64,000 nt of DNA, from IMG/VR virus record IMGVR_UViG_3300034065_000114, positions 1 to 64,000 of that record; one strand, written 5' to 3'. Under the pieces are notes generated by a model. The model was not told where the DNA came from. It ran no database searches and worked only from the letters and a program-made list of their open reading frames with translations. This DNA comes from an uncultured virus (IMG/VR IMGVR_UViG_3300034065_000114) (Duplodnaviria; Heunggongvirae; Uroviricota; Caudoviricetes). This document shows positions 55,806 through 64,000 of the stretch, piece after piece. The translations under genes were made by a program, and so were the position numbers. How positions within the stretch are numbered: the first letter of the stretch is position 1; each line of letters opens with the position of its first letter.

Positions 55806-56410
55806 AATACCAAGGACAGCTAGCCCAAGTAGCGATCCGCCTCTTCGACACACTGGGCGTCCCCGTAACTGGGGTGCTTTACAGCGCGGTCACCGCGAAG
55901 ATCTGGAAAGCCGGAACCTTGGGGTTTGTGCCCAAAACCCTAGCGTCCGCGGATTGGCTAGAACTCGGCTACGGCATCTACATCATCAACTTCTCCCCAA
56001 CAGACATGAACACCCTGAGCACGTTTGCCTACTACCTGACTGGCGCGGGCTTTGTGCCATACTGGAACACCTTTGATGTTACACCGGCGCCGCTAAGCTT
56101 GCTGGCGAACACCCCCCTGTGTGTCGTCACCGGCAACGTCGTCGACCTAGGAGGCCAGTCCTTCTCGGATCAGAACCAGAACCTCGTGATCTCGTTCCGC
56201 ATCGCGAACGTGCCGCAGTCGGTCGGTGGAACCAGCATCGTCTCTTCGAAGTTGCTGACGACGACTACCGACGCCTTTGGCAACTTCTCTGTCGCCATCT
56301 TGCAGGGCGCCGTGGTTATCGTGGAGATCGCCCCACTCGGTCTACGGCAGAAGATCACGATACCCGCGACGACAAGCGCAACTCTTCTTAGCCTTCTTCC
56401 CCCGTTTTGA
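55802..56410 (+). CDS. Hypothetical virion protein, beta-sandwich-like
   Basis: 202 aa; GTGA overlap; TTTDAFGNFSV motif. Confidence 0.7.
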   Translation: MKYQGQLAQVAIRLFDTLGVPVTGVLYSAVTAKIWKAGTLGFVPKTLASADWLELGYGIYIINFSPTDMNTLSTFAYYLTGAGFVPYWNTFDVTPAPLSLLANTPLCVVTGNVVDLGGQSFSDQNQNLVISFRIANVPQSVGGTSIVSSKLLTTTTDAFGNFSVAILQGAVVIVEIAPLGLRQKITIPATTSATLLSLLPPF

Positions 56411-56433
56411 TAGCATGGGTACCAACCATAGCT

Positions 56434-56462
56434 AAAGAAAAACCGGGGGCCTATGCCGGTTG
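56434..56462 (-). terminator. Putative terminator of the small minus-strand gene
   Basis: AACCGG...CCGGTT stem followed by a T run on the minus strand. Confidence 0.55.
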
Positions 56463-56485
56463 TAAGGGTTATCGTGTGGACAGGA

Positions 56486-56629
56486 TTAGGTTGTTTGAGC
56501 AAATGTGCGGTTGACGAACAGAACGGCGAGAGCGCAAAGGCCTGCTCGCACGACATCCTTAGCAATAGCCTTAGCTGAAGGTTTGCAGGCTGAGAGCAGC
56601 GACAGGAACCAGGACCAGACCTTCTTCAT
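56486..56629 (-). CDS. Small protein (47 aa) with possible lipobox, not in the ORF track
   Basis: MKKVWSWFLSLLSAC-KPSAKAIAKDVVRAGLCALAVLFVNRTFAQTT; AAGGG RBS; own GGTATAAG motif and terminator. Confidence 0.62.
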   Translation of the reverse strand: MKKVWSWFLSLLSACKPSAKAIAKDVVRAGLCALAVLFVNRTFAQTT

Positions 56630-56667
56630 GACATGCCCTTAATTTATATGATATTCTTTCCAAGTTA

Positions 56668-56675
56668 CTTATACC
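56668..56675 (-). promoter_or_regulatory. GGTATAAG putative promoter
   Basis: 39 nt upstream of ATG 56629. Confidence 0.6.
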
Positions 56676-56691
56676 CATAAAGGGACGGAAA

Positions 56692-57777
56692 ATGTTGAAG
56701 TTAGCTAATCAAGTCATCGACGCCTACGACGACGTCGAGCGCGAAGGCCTGAAGAAGCTGGCGGCGCTCGGACCGTCCATCCACTACATGACACCGGAAG
56801 AGCGCGGCGCGCTGCGCGACGGTGACTTTGCGTTATCTCTGATAACCAAGAAGGCATCGAAGCTCAACAAGTTCGCCATCGACTCCCACGACAACACCTG
56901 GCTGTCCAACCACTACTTCGACATGAACTGCCACAAGCTCCCCGAGACTGCCGCGAAGCTCGCGGCGGCCAACATCAAGACGGCGTGCGCGCGTCATGGC
57001 ATCGCTCCCATGCCGGCGGTTGTGATCTTTGCCGGAATGCACAAAGAGGCTGGCGCCGGCAATACCTTCTGCGAAGGCGCAGATACCAAGCTGGCCAAAG
57101 CCAACATCGTGCAAGTCGACTTGACCAAGCTCGCCAATGTCCACCAGATGGGCGAAAACTATACACACGCGCAGTACGCTATGCGCACTCCTGCTGCCGT
57201 GAAGATTGCCTCGAAGTACTTCGACGACAACCACAAGGAGATGCAAGTTGAGGCGCGCCACAAGTACGCCGCGGCCATCCAGCGAAGAGCACATGAGCTT
57301 GGGATGCCGGCTGAAAAGAGCATGGTCGGCAAATATGCCTCGGATCATTATAGTGGTCTTGTTGATGCTCATGTTCGCGCTCGGCTTTCCCTTCTTGATG
57401 AAAGCACAAATAAAGAGATTCTTTCGAAGATCGCGTCGATGCGCAGCGAGCTCAGCCCCACCGACTTCGCCCGCGCGCTCTACGGCTTCGACAAGAAGGC
57501 GGGATTGTCCCGTTATTACGGGTCGCATCTGACCGATCCGTTTCAAGCAACGTTCGCTGCCGAGCCGGACCAAAAGCCCTGGCGCGTCAAGGTCGGCTCC
57601 GCCTCGATGGGCCGGGACGACCTGAAGATGCTGGCTAACGAGAAGTACGCCAAGATCAAGGATTACTTCGGCTCAAGCGTTGCTGACGAGTTCCGCAAAG
57701 ACCCTCAAAGCATCTTCGAATCTTTGCCGATGGACAGCAAAGAAGTCCTGGCGGGCATTTTCAATGGCACAGCCTGA
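56692..57777 (+). CDS. Helical protein rich in K-x-A motifs, putative head/internal protein
   Basis: KLA, KKA, KEA, KIA, KYA occur at least ten times. Confidence 0.65.
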   Translation: MLKLANQVIDAYDDVEREGLKKLAALGPSIHYMTPEERGALRDGDFALSLITKKASKLNKFAIDSHDNTWLSNHYFDMNCHKLPETAAKLAAANIKTACARHGIAPMPAVVIFAGMHKEAGAGNTFCEGADTKLAKANIVQVDLTKLANVHQMGENYTHAQYAMRTPAAVKIASKYFDDNHKEMQVEARHKYAAAIQRRAHELGMPAEKSMVGKYASDHYSGLVDAHVRARLSLLDESTNKEILSKIASMRSELSPTDFARALYGFDKKAGLSRYYGSHLTDPFQATFAAEPDQKPWRVKVGSASMGRDDLKMLANEKYAKIKDYFGSSVADEFRKDPQSIFESLPMDSKEVLAGIFNGTA

Positions 57778-58468
57778 GGTCAACGACCCCAAAGGGCTGG
57801 ACGCCCTGCGCACAGCCAAGGCCGCGGTCAAGTTCGCAGAGAACCCGCAGAAGGCAGTCGTGCGCGCCATCGTCCGCTCTGCTCTTGAAAAGAACGGTGG
57901 GCTTTCCCCGTTGAAGATATTTTCAATGTTGAACGACCACTACGGCCACGAGTGGTGGGACTGGGAGCCCGAGACCATCTGGTCAACACTCGCCGCACAG
58001 CACGGCCTGGCAATTACGCCAGAGCTGCGTAACATCGTCGGCGCCCTTCAAACTACGCTGAACACCAACTTCGCGTTCGAGCTCTGGCACGTCTTTGAAA
58101 AGACCGGGCTGGCCTTCAATCTGCATCACGTCGACCCTGACGTGGTGCAGCCGCTCGAGCCGAATGAAGCCTCGCTCACAATTTTCATCCTAAAAATGCT
58201 GAGGCCGAAGCTTGACTTCGAGCCCGATGTGCTTGGCTATGTTGCCGCGCTGTGCCACGAGGCCGGCCTGGTCTATGCTCCGCCTGAGCTCTTCGGCCCC
58301 GTTGGCGCGCAAGGCTGGCTGGAGAAGATTGCCCCCGACCATAGCGGAGTTGGACACCAAACCGCGATGGCCTGGCCGCGCAAGCCTAGCGAAAGCGACC
58401 CGCCTGCGCTTAGAATACAGCTGGCCCGGCTCCATGAGATTAAAGACTATGTAAAAGCGAGGTTATAA
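57764..58468 (+). CDS. Hypothetical protein
   Basis: Start moved to ATG 57764; WWDWEPETIW motif. Confidence 0.72.
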   Translation: MAQPEVNDPKGLDALRTAKAAVKFAENPQKAVVRAIVRSALEKNGGLSPLKIFSMLNDHYGHEWWDWEPETIWSTLAAQHGLAITPELRNIVGALQTTLNTNFAFELWHVFEKTGLAFNLHHVDPDVVQPLEPNEASLTIFILKMLRPKLDFEPDVLGYVAALCHEAGLVYAPPELFGPVGAQGWLEKIAPDHSGVGHQTAMAWPRKPSESDPPALRIQLARLHEIKDYVKARL

Positions 58469-60654
58469 TGCGCAAGCTCTTACTGGCCCTGGCCATCCTT
58501 GGCTTCGCTCCTACCGCGATGGCGGACACACCACCAGCACGAGTTATCAATGCTGAAGCATACGATGCTGCGGGTAACCCTATCGGCAGCACCAGCGGCA
58601 GCCTCAACGTCAACGTGACGAATCCGACTGGTCTGCCTGCGGGGGCGTCGACCGCCACGCTTCAGACCGCGGGGAACACCACGCTATCCTCGATTGACAC
58701 CGCGCTCAGCTCGGTTTCGACCGCGGCCAATCAGGCGTCTGAAATAACCTACCTCAACGACATCAACGGTAAGATCTCGGCCTTCAACTTGAACACGAGC
58801 GGCGCCGAATACGACCAGGGCGTGTCGCTGCGCTTCGCCTCCCCTGGTGGCTCAATCCCGGCCGGTGTCGATGCAAACCCCCTGCGCGTAGACCCCACTG
58901 GAACGACGACTCAGCCCGTAAGTGCCGATTCGCTTCCGCTGCCTACTGGAGCGGCAACGGAGTCGACGCTCTCCACCCTCAATGGGAAGCTGACGACAAC
59001 GTCGAATGGGATCAAGGTGGACGGCTCAGCGACAACCCAACCAATCTCGGCCTCCGCGCTACCTTTACCGACGGGTGCCTCAACTGATGCCACGCTCAGC
59101 GCCCTCAGCGCCAAGCTAGGCACGCTCGGGCAGAAGGCCATGGCGGGCTCGGCCCCGGTCGTGATCGCCTCTGACCAGGCACCCATCCCGGTGTCCGGTA
59201 CGTTCAGTGCCACGAACCCGTCCATTGCCACGAACGGCTCGGCCATCCCGGCGAGCTCTACCCAGGTGGGCGGCAAAGACAACTCAGGCAACCTCCAGCC
59301 ACTTCAGCTGACGTCCACCAAAGCCCTGATCGTGGACGCCTCGGCCACCACGCAGCCCGTCAGCGGGACGTTCTGGCAGGCCACGCAGCCTGTCTCAGGA
59401 ACGATCGCCGTCTCGAACCTCCCCGTCACTCAGCCGGTGAGTGTAGCAAGTCTGCCTCTGCCAGCGGGTGCGGCAACGTCCGCCCTACAAAGCACGGGGA
59501 ACACCTCGCTCTCCGACATCGACACCAAGCTCCCTGCGCTTGTCAGCAGCCGTGTCCCCGTGGACGGATCTGGCGTAACTCAGCCAGTTAGTGGCACGTT
59601 TTGGCAGACGACACAGCCCGTAAGTGGCACGGTCACGGTCAACCAGGGAACGGCTGGCGCCTCGGCTTGGAAGGTAGACGGGTCCGCAGTGACGCAGCCT
59701 GTCTCCGGCACCTTCTGGCAGGCCACGCAGCCCGTCAGTGGCACCGTGACGGCCAACGCCGGCACAGGGACGTTCGCGGTCAGCGCCGCGAGCCTCCCGC
59801 TTCCGACCGGTGCCTCGACGGCGGCTAAGCAGCCAGCGCTCGGCACGGCGGGTACGGCCTCCACAGATGTCATCACGGTGCAGGGCATCGCGTCCATGAC
59901 CGCTCTGAAGGTGGATGGCTCAGCTGTTACCCAGCCCGTCTCCGGTACCTTCTGGCAGTCGACCCAGCCGGTGAGCGCGGCGAGCTTGCCTCTGCCAGCC
60001 GGTGCGGCCACCAGTGCGCTGCAAACGACCGGCAATACGTCCCTCTCCGACATCGACACGAAGACGGCAACGCTCGTCAGTGGTCGCGTGCCAGTTGACG
60101 GGTCCGGTGTGACCCAGCCCGTGAGCGGGACGTTTTGGCAGGCCACCCAGCCCGTCAGCGGCTCAGTCAGCGTGTCCAATTTCCCTGGCTCGCAGGCGGT
60201 CACTGGGACCTTCTGGCAGTCCACGCAGCCGGTGAGCCTGGCAACCGTCCCACTGCCCTCGGGAGCGGCCACGTCCGCCAATCAGGCGACGGAAATCTCG
60301 TCGCTGTCGTCGATCGCGGCCTCGGTGGCGGCGCCCCAGGCAAGTCCGGTGGGCCGGAGCTATGCCGACAGCATTAGGAACGTCTACAGTTCGACGACGG
60401 TCGGGACGGTCAGTTGGGTGCAGGTGAGTGCCTCCACGGCCGCCACCATGAATGTCGTGTCGATCTTCGACAGCTGCGGGCAGGTCCTGGAGCTTGGTGT
60501 TGGTGCCCTGGGCAGCGAGGTGCGGAAGACGCTCATCCCGCCCGGCGGCCTCTACAACTGGCCCCTTCTGATCCCAGGAGGCTCGCGCATATCGCTGCGG
60601 GCGGTAAGCGCGACGTGCTCCAAAGGAGAATTTGACATGACGGGTCTCAATTGA
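58468..60654 (+). CDS. TQPVS-repeat fibre protein with Sec-type signal peptide
   Basis: MRKLLLALAILGFAPTAMA; ~13 TQPVS, plus repeated GTFWQ and LPLPxGAxT. Confidence 0.8.
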   Translation: MRKLLLALAILGFAPTAMADTPPARVINAEAYDAAGNPIGSTSGSLNVNVTNPTGLPAGASTATLQTAGNTTLSSIDTALSSVSTAANQASEITYLNDINGKISAFNLNTSGAEYDQGVSLRFASPGGSIPAGVDANPLRVDPTGTTTQPVSADSLPLPTGAATESTLSTLNGKLTTTSNGIKVDGSATTQPISASALPLPTGASTDATLSALSAKLGTLGQKAMAGSAPVVIASDQAPIPVSGTFSATNPSIATNGSAIPASSTQVGGKDNSGNLQPLQLTSTKALIVDASATTQPVSGTFWQATQPVSGTIAVSNLPVTQPVSVASLPLPAGAATSALQSTGNTSLSDIDTKLPALVSSRVPVDGSGVTQPVSGTFWQTTQPVSGTVTVNQGTAGASAWKVDGSAVTQPVSGTFWQATQPVSGTVTANAGTGTFAVSAASLPLPTGASTAAKQPALGTAGTASTDVITVQGIASMTALKVDGSAVTQPVSGTFWQSTQPVSAASLPLPAGAATSALQTTGNTSLSDIDTKTATLVSGRVPVDGSGVTQPVSGTFWQATQPVSGSVSVSNFPGSQAVTGTFWQSTQPVSLATVPLPSGAATSANQATEISSLSSIAASVAAPQASPVGRSYADSIRNVYSSTTVGTVSWVQVSASTAATMNVVSIFDSCGQVLELGVGALGSEVRKTLIPPGGLYNWPLLIPGGSRISLRAVSATCSKGEFDMTGLN

Positions 60655-62939
60655 AGAAAAATCTGCTGCTTGGCCTGATGGCGTTCTTCAGCGCGACTGT
60701 TGCCTTGGGACAGGGCAACCCGGCCTATTACGCCGGCTCGCTCATGCAGATCTATCCGACGACAGGCATTTACCTGGACACGAGCCGCACCCTGCGGTTG
60801 GGGTCCGACAACGGCACGAACTATGTCGAGCTTGGCGCTCCGACGGGCATGTCAAGCAATTGGAGCTTAACGATGCCATCGACAGCCGGAAGCTCCGGGC
60901 TCCCATTGGTCACCGATGGTTCAGGCAATGCGTCTTGGAGCCTGGGAAATCAATCGTCGGCGTTAACAAGCGGGTACCTGTCTTCTACCGACTGGAACAC
61001 GTTCAACAATAAGCAAAGCTCTCTGACTTTTGGGTCAATCAGTACGACCACAACAGGCGTGACGATCGGCAGCGGAAACAACTCTACGGTCGGGCCTAAT
61101 GTCACAGTGAACATTCAAACGGCGAGCACGTCTCAGCCAGGCATTTTGGCTGCGGCAGATTGGAATACGTTTAATAATAAACAGCCATCCGGGAACTATA
61201 TCACTGCGCTGACAGGCAACGTGGTGGCGAATGGACCGGGTAGCGTGAGCGCTACCATTCAGGCCAACGTAGTTTCAAACTCGATGTTGTCGCAAATGGC
61301 GACCAACACCATCAAGGGTAACAACACCGGATCGACCGCCAACGCTGCTGACCTGACCACGGCGCAAGTCGCGGCCATCTTACCAGCGTTTATTGGTGAT
61401 AGCGGCGCCGGCGGAACACAAGGCCTTGTTCCTGCTCCTCCGACTGCCTCGCGGCAATATGCCGACTACCTATCGGCCAGCGGAAGCTGGGCATATGTCG
61501 ATCAAGCTCAGCCGATATACCCGGCGTTCAGCTTTGTAAATCAGACAGCGTCACCGCTGACAGCCACAAAATATGAAAACGTCGCTGTCTATACTGGCAT
61601 TGATGGGTACAAGCAATACGCTGCGATTGTCGCTGGCGGCGGTACTGGTACTCTTTTTATCTACGACGTGACCGATCCAAATATCCCTGTGTACATCAAC
61701 AAAATTGTATTGTCGGGGGCATACAATTTATCCATTGCCACAATATCTGGATCGGTTTACGCGTTCATTCCTTCTAGTGGTGGATCGACTCTTTACATTG
61801 AAAACATCACAAACCCATATTCGATCAGCACCTATTCGAGCCTTGCCTTAAGTGGTAGCCCAGGTGCTCTATACTCTTGCCAATACGCCAACGGGTATGT
61901 CTATGTCGCAACACAAAACAAGGGATTGACGGTCGTAGACGTTGGCGGTGGACTGGCTGGCGGCACACTTGCCGTGCCAATCCAAAGCTTCCAAGAGGGT
62001 GGCACAACCAACAAAACAGCGGGCGTCGCCGTCAGCGGAAACTACGTTTACACAACCAACTATCAAACGAGCTTTCCTGCCACCGTTCGATATTTTAAAA
62101 CCTGGGAACTAGCGGCAGGCGGCGGCACTCTTGCCGTACCGTTTCTTGCCAATACGTTCACCGTCGCTGGTGGTCCGACAGGAACTTCAAGTAAGCCTCA
62201 GGGAGTTTCGATCAGTTCGAGCGGCACGACGGCCTTTGTCACCGACGGAAATCAGTCAGTTTACGATATTATTGATATCACCACGCCGACCAGCCCAGTC
62301 TATTTGACGTATGTGACACCCACTTTTCCAACGGTCCCCAACAACACGCTCGGCGTGGCCATTCAGAGCGGAAACTACCTTTATATTTCAAGTGGAGCCA
62401 ATGCCACATACGGCGGCGCCATAGACTTCTTTGACATCACGAATAGATCTAGTCCGGTAAAAATCAGTACGGTTTACAACAACGACCCTTCGTCGCCATT
62501 TGGCGGCATCGCACTGGCCAATGGGTACATTTACGTTGCCGACTACGGTTCTGCAGCTGGTTTAAGTTATCTCGATATCTTCACTCAGCCTCAGATGAGC
62601 GTTCCATTTGGCAATCAAGTCGGTTCAACACTTTCTGTAAAAGGACTCACTGAGGGAATAACTCCAGTGACGGCCTCCTATACAGCGCTTACCACCGACA
62701 CCACGATCATGGCCAACGCATCGGCGGCCGCCTACACGGTCACGCTTCCAACTGCGGTAGGAATAGCTGGTAAGATCTACAACATAAAGAAAACCGACAG
62801 CAGTGCCAACGCCGTGACTGTTGGAACGACTTCGTCTCAAAACATCGAAGGCAGCACGACATATTCATTATCTGTGCAGTATAAATATGTTGACGTGATA
62901 AGCGACGGAACGCAGTGGTGGGTGATTGGAAACAATTAA
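60651..62939 (+). CDS. Fibre plus LVIVD-type beta-propeller protein with signal peptide
   Basis: MKKNLLLGLMAFFSATVALG; two DWNTFNNKQ repeats; repeated Y.YV...GL.V.D / DIT....P blades. Confidence 0.8.
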   Translation: MKKNLLLGLMAFFSATVALGQGNPAYYAGSLMQIYPTTGIYLDTSRTLRLGSDNGTNYVELGAPTGMSSNWSLTMPSTAGSSGLPLVTDGSGNASWSLGNQSSALTSGYLSSTDWNTFNNKQSSLTFGSISTTTTGVTIGSGNNSTVGPNVTVNIQTASTSQPGILAAADWNTFNNKQPSGNYITALTGNVVANGPGSVSATIQANVVSNSMLSQMATNTIKGNNTGSTANAADLTTAQVAAILPAFIGDSGAGGTQGLVPAPPTASRQYADYLSASGSWAYVDQAQPIYPAFSFVNQTASPLTATKYENVAVYTGIDGYKQYAAIVAGGGTGTLFIYDVTDPNIPVYINKIVLSGAYNLSIATISGSVYAFIPSSGGSTLYIENITNPYSISTYSSLALSGSPGALYSCQYANGYVYVATQNKGLTVVDVGGGLAGGTLAVPIQSFQEGGTTNKTAGVAVSGNYVYTTNYQTSFPATVRYFKTWELAAGGGTLAVPFLANTFTVAGGPTGTSSKPQGVSISSSGTTAFVTDGNQSVYDIIDITTPTSPVYLTYVTPTFPTVPNNTLGVAIQSGNYLYISSGANATYGGAIDFFDITNRSSPVKISTVYNNDPSSPFGGIALANGYIYVADYGSAAGLSYLDIFTQPQMSVPFGNQVGSTLSVKGLTEGITPVTASYTALTTDTTIMANASAAAYTVTLPTAVGIAGKIYNIKKTDSSANAVTVGTTSSQNIEGSTTYSLSVQYKYVDVISDGTQWWVIGNN

Positions 62940-62960
62940 ATACCTTAGCAAGGGGCTAAA

Positions 62961-63560
62961 GTGCAAGTCGTACCCGCTGGAGTGCTCTTACCCTTTGAGG
63001 TGTCGTCTTATGATGACCAGGGCGATCTCTTCCCCCTGCTCATCATCTATGACACCTCAACGGGTACGCCTGTTTTCCTTGAGACGATCGCGATGACCGC
63101 GGTGCTGGGGGGCACCTACGTCGCGTTCTTCAGCCCCGTGGGCGGCAAGAGCTACCTGCTGAGAAAGGCGTTCTACACCGACGACACCTATGCCACCCTG
63201 GACCCGCTCCGCTCCCCCGCGAGTGAGACCATCTACGCAGAGGCGGGATCCGGCGAATCCTCCACCTACACCAACGAGATGTCAACCGCCTACAACAACC
63301 TCACGCTCACCCAAGAGGTGATAGCTTGGGCGACTCAGGACGGGCAGAGCGTCAGCGGAACGGACTGCACAGTCACCATCAAAGACTCGGCGGGCACAAC
63401 GGTCTGGACGGCCACGTTGGCTGACCCCAATGGTGACGGGGTGTTCCTCTTCAGCAAAGTCATCGCGTTAACCGCGAACGAAGACTACTATGTCGTGGTG
63501 TCGATCACCGTTGACGGCGCGGTACGGACGAATATCAGACCCTTCATGACGGTTGGTTAA
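62961..63560 (+). CDS. Hypothetical virion protein
   Basis: 199 aa, beta-rich; AAGGGG RBS. Confidence 0.68.
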   Translation: MQVVPAGVLLPFEVSSYDDQGDLFPLLIIYDTSTGTPVFLETIAMTAVLGGTYVAFFSPVGGKSYLLRKAFYTDDTYATLDPLRSPASETIYAEAGSGESSTYTNEMSTAYNNLTLTQEVIAWATQDGQSVSGTDCTVTIKDSAGTTVWTATLADPNGDGVFLFSKVIALTANEDYYVVVSITVDGAVRTNIRPFMTVG

Positions 63561-63832
63561 TGAGCAACAACCTCACCCTTACGGGCGTGTCGACTTTAAA
63601 GACCACCTACGACTTCACGAGCGTACCTGGTCAGCTTACGATCACGCTTACTGATATGGCCGGCCCTACGGTCGTCGGCACAATCGTTCTAGAAACCGAG
63701 AAGCACCGCGCGCTCATGGAGGCCCTGAGCGGCAACGCTGAATCCTTCGACGCACCCAACGACCCCATTCTGTTGAAGCGCAGGACGCTCCTCGACCTCA
63801 ACCAAGCCACGGCGACGACGGTGTTTTCATGA
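63560..63832 (+). CDS. Hypothetical protein
   Basis: 90 aa; TAATG and ATGA overlaps. Confidence 0.7.
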   Translation: MSNNLTLTGVSTLKTTYDFTSVPGQLTITLTDMAGPTVVGTIVLETEKHRALMEALSGNAESFDAPNDPILLKRRTLLDLNQATATTVFS

Positions 63833-64000
63833 AGATTATCACACCGTGCGTTCCGCTCGTTTTTCTTGGCAATGCCAGCATTGGTAATAACCTCGGTGCA
63901 CCTGGCCCGCAGCTCCAAACGTTCGACGCTTATTACTCCGATCCTCCGACGGTCGGCCTTGAGACGGTTGCCGCAACGGTCAACCTTGTCTTTGCGCCGC
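63829..64000 (+). CDS. Hypothetical protein, truncated at the window edge
   Basis: ATGA-coupled start MKIITPCVPLVF...; open to the end. Confidence 0.6.
   Translation, partial: MKIITPCVPLVFLGNASIGNNLGAPGPQLQTFDAYYSDPPTVGLETVAATVNLVFAP

Noticed and set aside
44906..62939. Diversity-generating retroelement acting on fibre tips
   Set aside because: No reverse transcriptase in the window, and I saw no repeat pair differing only at adenines
44906..62939. Signal-peptide genes as flanking host chromosome rather than phage
   Set aside because: They are co-oriented with and mostly coupled to phage-type genes, share modules with them, and no housekeeping genes or att boundary appear
7659..62939. Firm host assignment to Bdellovibrionota from the fibre repeats and lipoproteins
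   Set aside because: Suggestive only; these repeats occur in several phyla and no search could be run
1..64000. Stop-codon reassignment
   Set aside because: Long genes are intact under code 11, and TAA, TAG and TGA all end tightly coupled genes
19101..64000. Many minus-strand ORFs in the track, e.g. 19101..19964, 56833..57573, 59580..60281
   Set aside because: Antisense shadows of GC-rich plus-strand genes with no recognisable motifs
1..64000. tRNA, rRNA, integrase or IS elements
   Set aside because: None recognised by eye and intergenic gaps are few and short; a covariance search was not run

Overview
The window is a 64 kb piece of a large, densely coded tailed-phage genome, probably with a contractile tail (gp25-like and J-like baseplate genes). 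It uses the standard genetic code and has two divergent arms. Left arm (1 to ~18.4 kb, minus strand): small early genes, a pentapeptide-repeat protein, a Rad50/SbcC-like ATPase, a candidate replication origin, an amidase, an operon of lipoproteins and membrane proteins (including a collagen-like lipoprotein), an AEP primase-PriL-helicase fusion, an HNH-type endonuclease and a SNF2 helicase. Right arm (18.4-64 kb, plus strand): tail chaperone with a -1 frameshift site, tape measure, lytic transglycosylase, hub and baseplate genes, a sigma-70 factor, HiPIP-like and WYL-domain proteins with recurring K-x-A motifs, many tail-fibre genes, a GIY-YIG endonuclease and a patatin. The most striking observation is seven fibre/adhesin-like genes in the tail region that begin with Sec-type signal peptides, several with paired cysteines, one sharing a module with unsecreted tail proteins. 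A GGTATAAG motif precedes five minus-strand gene starts. I recognised no capsid, terminase, sheath, tRNA, CRISPR array, integrase or reverse transcriptase. All calls come from reading motifs by eye; no searches were run.
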